DNA from: Nitrospirota bacterium
GTDB lineage: Bacteria; Nitrospirota; UBA9217
Assembly (NCBI GenBank): GCA_029858565.1
Contig: JAOUEV010000040.1
Location: 1 to 33,730, forward strand
Length of the DNA: 33,730 nucleotides
Reading direction: 5' to 3'
Part shown: positions 21,119 to 31,046 of the stretch, piece after piece
Position numbering within the stretch: position 1 is the stretch's first letter
Layout: each line of letters begins with the position of its first letter
The notes under the pieces: generated by a model
Told to the model about the DNA's origin: nothing
Databases searched by the model: none
Seen by the model: the letters and a program-made list of their open reading frames with translations, nothing else
Translations under genes and position numbers: made by a program

Positions 21119-22084
21119 ATGAGCGAGCGGGAACGATCGGTCGACGACGTTATGGGCTCCGAGCCCTACGGCGATGAGGTCGAGGGAAAAGAGCCGGTCG
21201 AGAAGCAGAGCCAGCAGGGTTACGATGACGGCGATGACCGTGGCGGAGCGGCCAAGGGACTCGACGCTATCAAGTATTACCTCAAGGAAATCCGCAAGAA
21301 CCCCCTCCTTACCTTCGACCAGGAACAAGAGATCGCAAAGCGGATATCCCAGGGCGATCAGGAAGCCCGTGCCCGGATGATCGAAGCGAACCTCCGTCTT
21401 GTTGTCGCCATCGGCAAGAAATACATCAACCGCGGCCTGCCGTTCTCCGATATCATCGAGGAAGGAAATCTCGGCCTGATCCGCGCTGTAGAGAAGTTTC
21501 AGTACCAGCGGGGCTTCAAGTTCAGCACCTACGCGTCCTGGTGGATCAAGCAGTCCATCGAGCGTGCCATCGTGAACCAAACCCGCACGATACGCCTTCC
21601 CGTACATATCGCAGAAATCGTGAACTCCTACATGCGCGCCATGCGCCAGCTGACTCAGAAACTGGGCCGCGATCCGTCCATCGAGGAGATCGCCAAGAAG
21701 ATGAAGGTCACGGTGGAGAAGGTGAGGAGCATCTCGCAGGTCGTGCGGGAGACCTATTCCCTGGACATGCTCATCGGCGATCAGGAAGAGGACACGCTCA
21801 AGGACATCCTGCAGGACACCAATGCCCTTTCCCCGGCAAGCGTCTCTGATGACATCCGGCGTCGGGAACATATCGACGACTGGCTCCGGCAGTTGTCCGT
21901 GAGCGAGCGCAAGGTCGTGGAAATGCGTTTCGGATTGATCGATGGTGAGTCCATGACCCTTGACGCCATCGGCAAGGAGTTCGGCATCACCCGGGAGCGA
22001 GTCCGCCAGATCGAGACCCAGGCCCTGAACAAGCTTCGTGCTATCACGAAACGGAAAAAGATCGATCTGGAAGGAATGCTATAG
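21119..22084 (+). CDS. rpoS: RpoS-like group 2 sigma-70 factor
   Basis: Region 1.2 [42 protein letters not shown] (RpoS-type), TRERVRQIE; lacks region 1.1. Confidence 0.85.
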   Translation: MSERERSVDDVMGSEPYGDEVEGKEPVEKQSQQGYDDGDDRGGAAKGLDAIKYYLKEIRKNPLLTFDQEQEIAKRISQGDQEARARMIEANLRLVVAIGKKYINRGLPFSDIIEEGNLGLIRAVEKFQYQRGFKFSTYASWWIKQSIERAIVNQTRTIRLPVHIAEIVNSYMRAMRQLTQKLGRDPSIEEIAKKMKVTVEKVRSISQVVRETYSLDMLIGDQEEDTLKDILQDTNALSPASVSDDIRRREHIDDWLRQLSVSERKVVEMRFGLIDGESMTLDAIGKEFGITRERVRQIETQALNKLRAITKRKKIDLEGML

Positions 22085-22085
22085 A

Positions 22086-22172
22086 AATTGCGGATTGCAG
22101 ATTGTAGATTGCGGATTTGGAAGTTCGATTTAAATCGGGGAATCCGTTATCCAAAATCCGCAATCCGCAATT
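22086..22172. repeat. Inverted pair of ATTGCGG heptamer arrays around palindrome CGATTTAAATCG
   Basis: Forward ATTGCGG ATTGCAG ATTGTAG ATTGCGG ATTTGGA (22087-22121); reverse CCGTTAT CCAAAAT CCGCAAT CCGCAAT (22144-22171). Confidence 0.92.
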
Positions 22173-22176
22173 GAAG

Positions 22177-22253
22177 GCCCCTGTAGCTCAGGTGGATAGA
22201 GCAGCGGTTTCCTAAACCGCGTGCCGGGTGTTCGAATCACCCCAGGGGCACCA
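22177..22253 (+). tRNA. tRNA-Arg (CCT)
   Basis: GCCCCTG...CAGGGGC-A-CCA; anticodon arm GCGGT TTCCTAA ACCGC. Confidence 0.96.
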
Positions 22254-22268
22254 ACTACCTTAAGAACA

Positions 22269-22308
22269 AAGACCGCTTCCATGAGATGAAGCGGTCTTAT
22301 TGATTTCT
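22269..22308 (+). terminator. Probable intrinsic terminator after tRNA-Arg
   Basis: Stem AAGACCGCTTC/GAAGCGGTCTT followed by T-rich ATTGATTTCT. Confidence 0.7.
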
Positions 22309-22553
22309 GGAACTGAAGCTAAGAAACAGCAGGATGATGCCAAAAGTCCCGCTCTGTGTTATATTCCTTGTAGGATTACCGGGTTCCGACAGATGATGGT
22401 CCATCGCAAACACTCCTGAAGCGCATTGCCCATATTCGGGAGCAGGGTGTGTCTGCTGACCGGGATGGTGTGTGTACGTGATGACGAAGAAATAGCCGAG
22501 CTTGTCGCTCCGGGTGTTGTAATTCTTCTTTTCACTAGCGGCTGTTTTTTTTA

Positions 22554-22582
22554 TTGACAAACCTACTGAAATCTCATAGAAT
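22554..22582 (+). promoter_or_regulatory. sigma70 promoter for tRNA-Val-thrS
   Basis: TTGACA-N17-TAGAAT preceded by a T tract (UP-like). Confidence 0.8.
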
Positions 22583-22605
22583 TCACGGTCACGTAAACAG
22601 GCAAT

Positions 22606-22680
22606 AGGCTCGTAGCTCAGTGGGAGAGCGCTTCCTTGACACGGAAGAGGTCGGCGGTTCAATCCCGCCCGGGCCTACCA
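22606..22680 (+). tRNA. tRNA-Val (GAC)
   Basis: AGGCTCG...CGGGCCT-A-CCA; anticodon arm CTTCC TTGACAC GGAAG. Confidence 0.96.
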
Positions 22681-22722
22681 TTTTTACCTGAATTATCGGT
22701 ATGTTATGAGACACGGCGAATT

Positions 22723-24663
22723 ATGAGTGACATACGGCTTCGGTTGCCTGACGGTTCTGAAAAGCTTGTCCCCGCAGGCACGACCGGTCTGGGTGTTGCC
22801 GAGAAGATTGGTCCCCGCCTGGCAAAGGATGCCCTCGCCATCAAATTGGACGGAAAGCTGCAGGACCTGAACCTTCCCGTTGCGAACGATGCGTCAATAG
22901 AGATTCTTACCTTCGGCAGCAAGGAAGGCCGCGATGTGTACTGGCATAGTACCTCGCACCTCCTGGCCCATGCTGTGAAGCAGCTCTTTCCGACCGCCAA
23001 AATGGCGATCGGTCCGGCGATCGACGAGGGATTTTACTACGATTTCGACTTTGAACGGCCTTTTACGCCCGAGGATCTGGAAAAGATCGAGGGCCGCATG
23101 GCCGAACTGATCAAAGCGGCGCTGCCGGTGAGTCGCAAGTTGTTCACCAAAGCGGACGCGATCGCGTTCTTTCAAAAGAAGTCAGAGACCTACAAGGTCG
23201 AGATGATAAACGAGTTCGCGGACAACGAATTCTCCGTCTACGAGCAGGGCGACTTCGCGGACCTCTGTCGCGGACCGCACGTTGCCTCGACCGCGAAGGT
23301 CAAAGCGGTAAAATTACTTTCCGTTGCCGGCGCCTACTGGAGGGGCGACGAAAAGAACCGGATGCTGCAGCGCATCTACGGGATCTCTTTCCCCACGAAG
23401 GACGAACTGGACCAGTATCTGGTCCGCATCGAAGAGATCAAAAAGCGTGACCACCGCAAGCTCGGCAAGGACCTGGACCTGTTCTCCATCTCCGAGGAAT
23501 CGGGCGGCGGACTGGTCCTGTGGCATCCTCGGGGTGCGTTGATACGGAAGACCATCGAGGATTTCTGGCGCGACGAGCACCAGAAGAATGGCTACGATTT
23601 CGTCTATTCCCCCCATGTGGGCCGGGCGACCCTGTGGGAAACGTCGGGACATCTCGGTTTCTACCGGGAGAACATGTATTCGTCCATGGAAGTGGAAGGG
23701 CAGGAGTTCTATGTAAAGCCCATGAACTGCCCGTTCCATATCATGATCTACAAGAACAAGCTCCGGTCCTACCGTGAGTTGCCGATGCGCTATGCCGAAC
23801 TTGGAACGGTCTACCGGTTCGAGCGGTCCGGCGTGCTCCATGGTCTCCTGCGGGTCCGCGGATTCACCCAGGACGATGCGCATATCTTTGTTGCGCCCGA
23901 GGAGATGGAAACCGAGGTCATCCGCGTTCTCGGATTTGTGGTGAAGACGCTCAGGACATTCGGGTTCGAGGATTTTACGGCATACATCGCCACGAAGCCG
24001 GAAAAGTCCGTAGGCCATGATTCGCTGTGGCAGCAGGCAACGCAGGCCCTCAAGGTCGCGGCTGACAAGGCCGGCCTTGCCTACGAAATGGACGAAGGCG
24101 GCGGCGCTTTTTACGGCCCCAAGATCGACATCAAGATCAAGGACGCTCTGGGCCGGCAGTGGCAGTGCTCCACGGTGCAGTTCGATTTTAATCTGCCCGA
24201 GCGGTTCGATATGACCTATGTGGGCGTGGACAATCAGCCGCATCGGCCCTATGTGATCCACCGGGCGCTGCTGGGATCGATCGAACGGTTCTTTGGCATG
24301 CTGATCGAGCATTACGCGGGCGCTTTCCCCCTGTGGCTTGCGCCGGTGCAGGCGAAGATCGTCACGGTAACAGACCGGCAGCTCGATTTCGCCAAAGGTG
24401 TGCGTGACCAGCTGCTGGCAGCAGGCCTTCGGGCAGAACTCGATAGTCGTTCCGAAAAGATGGGCTTCAAGATCCGCGAGGCAGCCATGGAAAAGGTGCC
24501 TTATATCCTTGTGGTCGGCGACAAGGAAGTGGAGCAGAACGCTGTCGCAGTGCGGGAACGGGGCGGCAAGGATGCCGGCGTATTCCCGTTGCAAGAGTTT
24601 ATCTCCCGGGTGAGCACGCTTTCCCGGAATAAAAGCACGACCATAGAATTGACAAGGGGGTGA
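22723..24663 (+). CDS. thrS: Threonine--tRNA ligase
   Basis: TGS N-terminus (LPDGS), HSTSHLLAHA, DLCRGPH, RDHRKLG, KPMNCP, RVRGFTQDDAH, IHRALLGSIERF; start ATG 22723 (longer ORF overlaps tRNA-Val). Confidence 0.98.
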   Translation: MSDIRLRLPDGSEKLVPAGTTGLGVAEKIGPRLAKDALAIKLDGKLQDLNLPVANDASIEILTFGSKEGRDVYWHSTSHLLAHAVKQLFPTAKMAIGPAIDEGFYYDFDFERPFTPEDLEKIEGRMAELIKAALPVSRKLFTKADAIAFFQKKSETYKVEMINEFADNEFSVYEQGDFADLCRGPHVASTAKVKAVKLLSVAGAYWRGDEKNRMLQRIYGISFPTKDELDQYLVRIEEIKKRDHRKLGKDLDLFSISEESGGGLVLWHPRGALIRKTIEDFWRDEHQKNGYDFVYSPHVGRATLWETSGHLGFYRENMYSSMEVEGQEFYVKPMNCPFHIMIYKNKLRSYRELPMRYAELGTVYRFERSGVLHGLLRVRGFTQDDAHIFVAPEEMETEVIRVLGFVVKTLRTFGFEDFTAYIATKPEKSVGHDSLWQQATQALKVAADKAGLAYEMDEGGGAFYGPKIDIKIKDALGRQWQCSTVQFDFNLPERFDMTYVGVDNQPHRPYVIHRALLGSIERFFGMLIEHYAGAFPLWLAPVQAKIVTVTDRQLDFAKGVRDQLLAAGLRAELDSRSEKMGFKIREAAMEKVPYILVVGDKEVEQNAVAVRERGGKDAGVFPLQEFISRVSTLSRNKSTTIELTRG

Positions 24664-24669
24664 TTTCCT

Positions 24670-25191
24670 ATTTCACGGATAACAACGAGGATTAACCAGA
24701 TGATCCGGGCCCGCGAGGTTCGCGTCATCGCTGCCGACGGCGACCAGCTCGGCGTTATGCTGGTCCGGGAGGCCATTCAAAAGGCGGAAGAGATGGGACT
24801 GGACCTGGTTGAGGTCGCCCCAAACGCGGTTCCGCCGGTCTGCAGGATCATGGATTTCGGCAAGTATAAGTACGAGCTGAACAAGAAGGCCAATGAATCC
24901 AAGAAGAACCAGACGGTCATCGAGGTAAAGGAGATCAAGCTCCGGCCAAGGACTGACGACCACGACATCGAGTTCAAGACGAATAATATAAAGCGGTTCC
25001 TTGCAGAAGGCGACAAGGTGAAGGTCACCGTGATGTTCCGCGGCCGGGAAATGGCCCATCCCGAACTGGGACGGGCGGCTCTGGACCGCATCATCCAGGA
25101 ACTGCAGGGCCTGGCGGTCGTAGAGCAGACAGCACGGATGGAAGGCCGCAATATGTTCATGATGCTTGCTGCGGCCAAGAAGCAACAATGA
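24670..25191 (+). CDS. infC: Translation initiation factor IF-3, probable AUU start
   Basis: In-frame ATT 24670 six nt after SD GGGGGTGA restores RINQMIRAREVRV; CRIMDFGK, KEIKLRP, FRGRE. Confidence 0.95.
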   Translation: MSRITTRINQMIRAREVRVIAADGDQLGVMLVREAIQKAEEMGLDLVEVAPNAVPPVCRIMDFGKYKYELNKKANESKKNQTVIEVKEIKLRPRTDDHDIEFKTNNIKRFLAEGDKVKVTVMFRGREMAHPELGRAALDRIIQELQGLAVVEQTARMEGRNMFMMLAAAKKQQ

Positions 25192-25255
25192 TACAACGCG
25201 GGGACCGCGCAGGTCGCCGAATAACAATATCGAACAAAGAGAAAAGAGGCATACC

Positions 25256-25465
25256 ATGGCAAAGATGAAGCTGAAAACGAACAAGAGCGCATCGAAGCGT
25301 CTGAAAGTGACCGGTACCGGCAAAGTGCTGCGCAGCAAGGGCTGGAAGCGTCATCTGCTCACGACCAAGGACGCGTCTCGGAAACGCGGCCTGTCAGGAT
25401 ATTTCGAGGTCGACAAGGACAATATCAAGAACATCAAGCGAATGATCCCCTACGGTCTGTCATAG
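25256..25465 (+). CDS. rpmI: 50S ribosomal protein L35
   Basis: MAKMKLKTNKSASKRLKVTGTGK...RHLLTTK; position between infC and rplT. Confidence 0.95.
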   Translation: MAKMKLKTNKSASKRLKVTGTGKVLRSKGWKRHLLTTKDASRKRGLSGYFEVDKDNIKNIKRMIPYGLS

Positions 25466-25549
25466 ACTGTCGGGAGCAATCACGCTCACTGCGTCCAGGG
25501 TGCTCTCTCAAATCGGCTGCATGCCTGGACCATTAAGGAGGAATAAGAA

Positions 25550-25906
25550 ATGCCGAGAGCAAAAGGCGGCCCGAAAACACGGGCCAGAAGAAAGCGGGTA
25601 CTGAACCTCGCAGAAGGTTACTGGGGAGCAAAATCAAAGCTCTTCCGTTCAGCTACCGAACAGGTAGACCGTTCGCTGAAGTATGCGTACCGCGACCGCA
25701 AGGTGCGGAAGCGCGATTTCCGCAGGCTCTGGATCGCCCGTATCAATGCGGCGGCCCGTCTGAACGGAATGTCCTACAGCAAGTTCATTGCCGGACTGAC
25801 CAAGGCCGGTATCACGCTGGACCGGAAGATCCTGTCCGACATGGCGATCACCGATCCCGCCGGTTTCACGAAGATCGCTGATGCGGCGAAAGCGGCAACG
25901 GCGTAG
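25550..25906 (+). CDS. rplT: 50S ribosomal protein L20
   Basis: [36 protein letters not shown]; RBS AAGGAGG. Confidence 0.98.
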   Translation: MPRAKGGPKTRARRKRVLNLAEGYWGAKSKLFRSATEQVDRSLKYAYRDRKVRKRDFRRLWIARINAAARLNGMSYSKFIAGLTKAGITLDRKILSDMAITDPAGFTKIADAAKAATA

Positions 25907-25920
25907 ATCGGAAGCAAGAA

Positions 25921-26023
25921 GCAGGATTAGATAAGGCAGGATTATGAGGATTAGCAGGATTAGAGGGAAACCTTTAATCCTCTAATCCTTTTTTATTGAT
26001 CCTTGTTCTCCGTAATCCCTGCC
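25921..26023. repeat. Inverted pair of (GC)AGGATTA nonamer-type arrays
   Basis: Forward GCAGGATTA, GCAGGATTA, TGAGGATTA, GCAGGATTA; reverse TAATCCTC TAATCCTT ... TGATCCTT ... TAATCCCTGCC. Confidence 0.8.
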
Positions 26024-26076
26024 TCTGTTTTTTATTGACATGCCGCGATAATTCGGTTAAAAAACTACAAGAAATT

Positions 26077-27879
26077 ATGGAGATACGGGGCCGTACATTA
26101 CTGGCGGCCATGACGGCTTGCACGATCACCCTGCTGTTTACCGCCGATTCACTCCCTTCGCCCACCAGCGAGGCGGGGCGCACGTATTCTGTCGCCCGGG
26201 AACGTCTTGCGAAACTGAAGAAGTCCCCCAAGAGAAAAAAATACCGGTCCTACTGGATCGACTGCATCCGTCTGTTCGAGTCAATCGAACAAAAATATCC
26301 TTCCACGGCCGAAGCCGCTGATTCCTGTTTTGACCGCGCCGGCGCTTACCTCGATCTCTACAACTACAACCGCCACACAAAGGACGCGGCAGAGACCGCG
26401 AAAGCCTTCAGCATGTGCCAGGAATCCTATCCCGCCCATCCCCGCGCGCCGGAAGCCTTTTACTGGAACATAGTCATTGCCAAGGATGTGAAGAAGAACA
26501 AAACGGCTGCTCTGGAATCCTTCAAGCGATTGTCCGCGGTCTATCCTGATAGCGACTGGACGGAGAAGGCAAGGACGCGGCTTGGCATCAGGACTGCTGC
26601 TGCGAAGGCCGCCAGAAGGAATGGGAAGAAGAAGGAATCGGAGATCCGTAATGTTCCGGAAACGGTGATAGAAACTCCGAAAGGGCCTCCGGGAACCGTG
26701 ACGAACGTTCGCTACTGGTCCGGCGGGAATTATACGCGCATCGTCATTGACCAGGATAAACCGCTCAGGTTCCAGGCGCATGAGTTGAAAAATCCCGACC
26801 GGTTGGTGTTTGACATTCTGCATTCCCGCGTTTCGGGCTCGGTGAACAAAGAGCCGCTCTCGGTGAACGACGGCATCCTGAAACAGGTGCGGACGAGCCA
26901 GTACGCACCGAACACAGTACGTGTGGTTTTGGATCTTGCAAGCCTCAAGAGTTACGGCGCGTTCCCGCTCCATGAGCCCGAGCGCCTGGTGATCGATGTT
27001 ACGGGCGCTGGGGCGGGAGATGACGACAACGGCGATGCTAAACAGCCGACAGCCGATGTTCCGGGCACGGAGACGAGATCCGCACCGCTGATACCGGACC
27101 ACCCGAAAGCGACGAAGCCGGACCCTGATGTGAGTGCCGATCCAAAGCTATCGCTCTCGCGCCAACTTGGTCTCAAGATAAAAACTATCGCCATAGATGC
27201 GGGGCATGGCGGCCATGATCCAGGCGCCATCGGAAAAAGCGGGCTGAAAGAAAAAATGGTTACCCTTGATATTGCTAAAAGGCTGCAGGTGCTTGTCAAG
27301 GAGCGGCTCGGTTGTCAGGTGGTAATGACAAGAGACCGGGATGTTTTCATCCCGCTGGAAGAAAGGCCGTTCATTGCCAAATCGAAAGGCGCTGATCTCT
27401 TTGTTTCTGTTCATGTGAATGCAAACAGAAAGCGCAAAGTGCGCGGAATCGAGACCTACATTCAGAGTCTCCGGGCGTCGGACCGCGAAGCCATGGCAAC
27501 TGCGGCACTGGAAAATGCCACTTCGACCAAGACGCTAAGTCAGATCGGCTCGGAGCTCGACCGGATACTTAAGGATCTCAGGACAGATGACAAACTGAAC
27601 GAATCGGTAGAACTTGCCGGTTACGTGCAAAATTCGCTCGTAAGGAATGTGCGACCGGCAAAAGGATACGTAGTGAACCGTACTGTGAAGAGGGCATTTT
27701 TCTATGTGCTGGTGAACACGGAGATGCCGAGCATCCTTGCCGAGGTGGGATTTATCAGCAATCCCGATGAGGAGAAACTGCTTAAAACGGAATCCTACCG
27801 TCAGAAGATAGCGGAGGCCCTGTATCAGGGCGTAAAGAAGTACGTTGATGCGCGGGAGCCGCAAACGGCGGGACTGTGA
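26077..27879 (+). CDS. N-acetylmuramoyl-L-alanine amidase (TPR-like + AMIN + Amidase_3)
   Basis: Signal-like N-terminus, helical repeats, AMIN (TRIVID, PDRLVFD, VRVVLD), IDAGHGGHDPGA, LFVSVHVN, PSILAEVGFISN; start uncertain (26077 or 26110). Confidence 0.92.
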   Translation: MEIRGRTLLAAMTACTITLLFTADSLPSPTSEAGRTYSVARERLAKLKKSPKRKKYRSYWIDCIRLFESIEQKYPSTAEAADSCFDRAGAYLDLYNYNRHTKDAAETAKAFSMCQESYPAHPRAPEAFYWNIVIAKDVKKNKTAALESFKRLSAVYPDSDWTEKARTRLGIRTAAAKAARRNGKKKESEIRNVPETVIETPKGPPGTVTNVRYWSGGNYTRIVIDQDKPLRFQAHELKNPDRLVFDILHSRVSGSVNKEPLSVNDGILKQVRTSQYAPNTVRVVLDLASLKSYGAFPLHEPERLVIDVTGAGAGDDDNGDAKQPTADVPGTETRSAPLIPDHPKATKPDPDVSADPKLSLSRQLGLKIKTIAIDAGHGGHDPGAIGKSGLKEKMVTLDIAKRLQVLVKERLGCQVVMTRDRDVFIPLEERPFIAKSKGADLFVSVHVNANRKRKVRGIETYIQSLRASDREAMATAALENATSTKTLSQIGSELDRILKDLRTDDKLNESVELAGYVQNSLVRNVRPAKGYVVNRTVKRAFFYVLVNTEMPSILAEVGFISNPDEEKLLKTESYRQKIAEALYQGVKKYVDAREPQTAGL

Positions 27880-27882
27880 AGA

Positions 27883-28025
27883 AGTGCGGAGTTCGGAGTG
27901 CGAAGTGCGGAGTAGAGTTAATATGCAAGGCAGCAATAATTAATCATCTGATTGACTATAGATGATTCCCTCGGTTTCTTATCTTGGATTCCTAATTCCG
28001 CACTTTGCACTCAGCATTTCGCACT
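27883..28025. repeat. Inverted pair of AGTGCGG heptamer arrays between convergent genes
   Basis: Forward AGTGCGG AGTTCGG AGTGCGA AGTGCGG (27883-27910); reverse CCGCACT TTGCACT CAGCATT TCGCACT (27998-28025); AT-rich core with inner IR AATCATCT/AGATGATT. Confidence 0.92.
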
Positions 28026-29149
28026 ACTCCATGTCCTTCCCGCCGCCTGAAGCCCTTTTGCCCATCAAATAAGCTTCAATGAACTGATCGATGTCACCAT
28101 CCATCACCGCGCTGATATTGCCGACCTCATGGCCGGTACGGTGGTCCTTCACCATCTGGTAGGGCTGGAACACATAGGAACGGATCTGGCTTCCCCAGGC
28201 AATGTCCTTCTTTTCCCCGGCGATCTTGTCCAATTTGTCTTCCTGCTCCTTCTGCTTCATCTCGTAGAGCCGCGACTTGAGCACCTTCATGGCCACTGCC
28301 TTGTTCTTCAGCTGGGAACGTTCGTTCTGACACTGAACCACAATGTTGGTGGGCAGGTGGGTGATGCGCACCGCGGAGTCGGTCTTGTTCACATGCTGGC
28401 CGCCGGCACTGGACGCGCGGTAGGTATCGATCCGCAGATCCTTTTCATCGATCTGGATGTCGATCTCCTCTTCGATATCCGGGTAGACGTAGAGCGAAAC
28501 AAAGGATGTATGCCGCCGCTTGTTCGCGTCAAAGGGCGAGATGCGGACGAGGCGATGAACGCCTGCTTCCGCCTTGAGCTTTCCATAGGCATATTCGCCG
28601 CTGACCATGAATGTGACGGATTTGACTCCCGCTTCTTCACCGGCCTGGTAATCGATGATCTCCCGCTTGTATCCGGACTTTTCCGCCCAGCGCAGGTACA
28701 TTCGCATCAGCATCTCGGCCCAATCCTGGGCCTCGGTGCCGCCGGCGCCGGGATGAAGCGCGATTATGGCGTTCGAGTTGTCATGCTCACCCGAGAGGAG
28801 CGCGGAAATCTCGGCTTTCGCCAGATCGGATTTTGCCACGGCAAGATCCGTGGCCAGCTCAGCCTGAAGTGAATCGCCGCCTTCCTCCCCGGCAAGTTCG
28901 ACCATTGCTTCGAGGTCTCCGAGGCGGTTGGTTATGACGATCAGCTCTTTGAGGGACCGTTCGAGGACAGCCTTTTCCTTGAGCGTTGCGTTCGCTTTAT
29001 CCTGTTTATTCCAGAAATCAGGCGCTTCGATCAGGCGGGTGAGTTCCTTGAGACGTGCTTCCTTCGCAGGGGTGTCAAAGATGCCTCCGGAGGGTTTCGA
29101 TCCGTGTGCCAATAGCCTGCAGGTCCTTCTTGATTTCGTCGAGCAGCAT
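28024..29149 (-). CDS. prfB: Peptide chain release factor 2 with programmed +1 frameshift
   Basis: ATG 29149 (RBS AAGGAG) encodes 24 aa ending CTT TGA C; the +1 frame continues with SPF and GGQ motifs. Confidence 0.97.
29074..29088 (-). other. prfB +1 frameshift signal
   Basis: GGAGG-CAT-CTT-TGA-C: internal SD 3 nt before the slippery CTT-TGA. Confidence 0.95.
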
Positions 29150-29183
29150 GCGGTTCTCCTTATGATCATGTGGAACGGAGCGA

Positions 29184-29212
29184 ATTATACCATAGTAGAC
29201 CGATAAATCAAA
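29184..29212 (-). promoter_or_regulatory. prfB promoter
   Basis: Minus strand TG-G-TATAAT extended -10 with TTGATT 16 bp upstream. Confidence 0.65.
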
Positions 29213-29282
29213 CTGTTCCAGCGGGGATTGTCCAGCGGGGATTTCTGCTGCATCGATCACCCGACCAGGTCGCATAATCGGA

Positions 29283-29311
29283 TTGACGATATTTTCCTAG
29301 CTTGATACACT
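29283..29311 (+). promoter_or_regulatory. Putative promoter of the GGDEF-EAL gene
   Basis: TTGACG-N17-TACACT with TG extension. Confidence 0.55.
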
Positions 29312-29389
29312 TGAATAAAATCAGGTGTATTCGTACACTTCTGAGGATGTCCGGATCTGATCTTCTCTTCGCTGGTTGTTACAGGAACC

Positions 29390-29428
29390 AAATACCCTTA
29401 AAATACCCTGTTGGGGGTATTTACCCTG
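29390..29428. promoter_or_regulatory. Cluster of TACCCT-like heptamers including a 7-2-7 inverted site
   Basis: AAATACCCT at 29390 and 29401; TACCCTG-TT-GGGGGTA (29404-29419); TACCCTG at 29422. Confidence 0.5.
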
Positions 29429-29504
29429 ATCAGATGGTCAATTAAGCTTAGTTCTGCGGCGGATCGCGAGTCACTTTCAACGATCTGCTGAATTGCGGGA
29501 TCCT

Positions 29505-30989
29505 ATGGAAAAAGTTCAAAAAACACTGATCGCAACACTTCTTCTCCTGACATGCTGCATCCTCCTGGCTGCCTTTTCTCTCGGCGCCTTTCTGCCTGGA
29601 TGGGGGTGGGAAAAGCGACTGATGATCATCTTCCTCATTGCGCTATCACCACTGCCACTCATGATCCTCGTGTTCCTGCTCAGGACCATCAAGGAACACG
29701 ATGAACAGACGCGCAGATTCGCCACACGGGACGCGTTGACGGATTTGTACAACCAGCATACGTTCTGGGATCTGCTTAACTACGAGATCGAGCGTTCCAA
29801 GCGTCAGCAATACCGATTTTCCCTCATGCTGGTGGATATCGACAACTTCAAGGCCATCAATGACCGCTATGGCCATGAGACAGGGGATCGGTTCCTCAGG
29901 CAATTTTCCGTCCTGTTCAAAAATGCCGTACGGAAAGGCGATATCCCTGCCCGGTATGCCGGGGATAACTTCACGGCGATACTACCTTTGTGCGACGAAT
30001 CCCAGGCCCGTACCGTTGCCTTGCGGCTTCTGGAATCCATGCGGCGCTACCAGCTTGTCCTGCCCGGCAATGAATCTGTTCAAACTACCGCATCGATCGG
30101 CATCGCCACCTTTCCCGACCATGCGGCCGATGCTCAGGACCTCTATCTTCTTGCGGAAAGCATGATGGTCCACGCCAAATCGACGGGAAAGGACCGGGTA
30201 AGCGCTCCCTGTGAAGACGTCAATATCGGCACGCTCAAGAGCGCGGGCGCGAAAAGCATTATGGTCATGGAGGCGGTCCGCGAGCTCAGGATCGTTCCGT
30301 ATTTCCAGCCGATCATCAATGTGGCCGATAACACCGTACTCGCCTATGAAGTGCTGACCCGGATCGTGACCGCTGATCGCGTCATTCCGGCAGCAGAATT
30401 CATTGACGTTGCGGAATCCATGGGAGCCATCAGCAAGATAAATAGCATCCTGATGGAGCGCTCATTCAGTTTAGCGAACCAGAATGGCTACCGCGGGACC
30501 CTGTTCATAAACCTTTCTCCAAAAGCGCTCATGCTGGCGGATTTTCTGCCGACACTCCGGGCGCAGATGACGGCACATGATTTTGATCCTTCGCGGATCG
30601 TATTCGAGATCACCGAGCGGGACGCGGTCAAGAATCCCGAGGCCGTTAAAAAGAGCGTGAACGCCCTGCGTAATGAAGGATTCAGGTTCGCCATAGATGA
30701 TTTTGGATCGGGATACGCGACGTTTCATTATATACGGCTCTTCGAGGTAGACTTCCTGAAAGTAGACGGCGATTTTATCCGGAACATGGGGGGCGACGGA
30801 GGAATGGACCGCGCCATTGTGATGAATATCGCCAGTCTTGCCGGCCACCTGGGCATCAAGACGATAGCCGAATATGTCGAATCCGCCGAGATTCTGAGCA
30901 ACGTACGGTCGTCAGGCATTCAGTATGCTCAGGGCTATTTCATAGACCGACCTTCTCCGCATATGCGCAATCCCGCACCTTACGCTTGA
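29505..30989 (+). CDS. Membrane-anchored GGDEF-EAL protein (degenerate GGDEF, intact EAL)
   Basis: Two TMs; DALTDLYN, DIDNFK.IND.YGH..GD, RKGD I-site, AGDNF; EVL, FEITE, DDFGSGY, LKVDG, AEYVE, AQGY. Confidence 0.92.
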   Translation: MEKVQKTLIATLLLLTCCILLAAFSLGAFLPGWGWEKRLMIIFLIALSPLPLMILVFLLRTIKEHDEQTRRFATRDALTDLYNQHTFWDLLNYEIERSKRQQYRFSLMLVDIDNFKAINDRYGHETGDRFLRQFSVLFKNAVRKGDIPARYAGDNFTAILPLCDESQARTVALRLLESMRRYQLVLPGNESVQTTASIGIATFPDHAADAQDLYLLAESMMVHAKSTGKDRVSAPCEDVNIGTLKSAGAKSIMVMEAVRELRIVPYFQPIINVADNTVLAYEVLTRIVTADRVIPAAEFIDVAESMGAISKINSILMERSFSLANQNGYRGTLFINLSPKALMLADFLPTLRAQMTAHDFDPSRIVFEITERDAVKNPEAVKKSVNALRNEGFRFAIDDFGSGYATFHYIRLFEVDFLKVDGDFIRNMGGDGGMDRAIVMNIASLAGHLGIKTIAEYVESAEILSNVRSSGIQYAQGYFIDRPSPHMRNPAPYA

Positions 30990-31017
30990 TCATCCATCTC
31001 CTTGAGACACCTTTTTC

Positions 31018-31046
31018 TTGCGGCCGCGTGGGTTTTTTCATATAAT
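31018..31046 (+). promoter_or_regulatory. sigma70 promoter of the cytochrome gene
   Basis: TTGCGG-N17-TATAAT. Confidence 0.65.

Noticed and set aside
22297-22662. 121-aa minus-strand ORF between tRNA-Arg and tRNA-Val
   Set aside because: Starts inside tRNA-Val, crosses its promoter, no RBS or motif; other frames gave nothing recognisable. A decayed remnant cannot be excluded.
22681-22722. T-box or long thrS leader
   Set aside because: Only 42 nt between tRNA-Val and the ATG; no T-box motif.
29217-29243. TCCAGCGGGGATT twice, resembling the 3' half of type I-E CRISPR repeats
   Set aside because: Only two 13-bp copies 1 nt apart, no spacers, no 5' half, no cas genes; at most a regulator site or small duplication.
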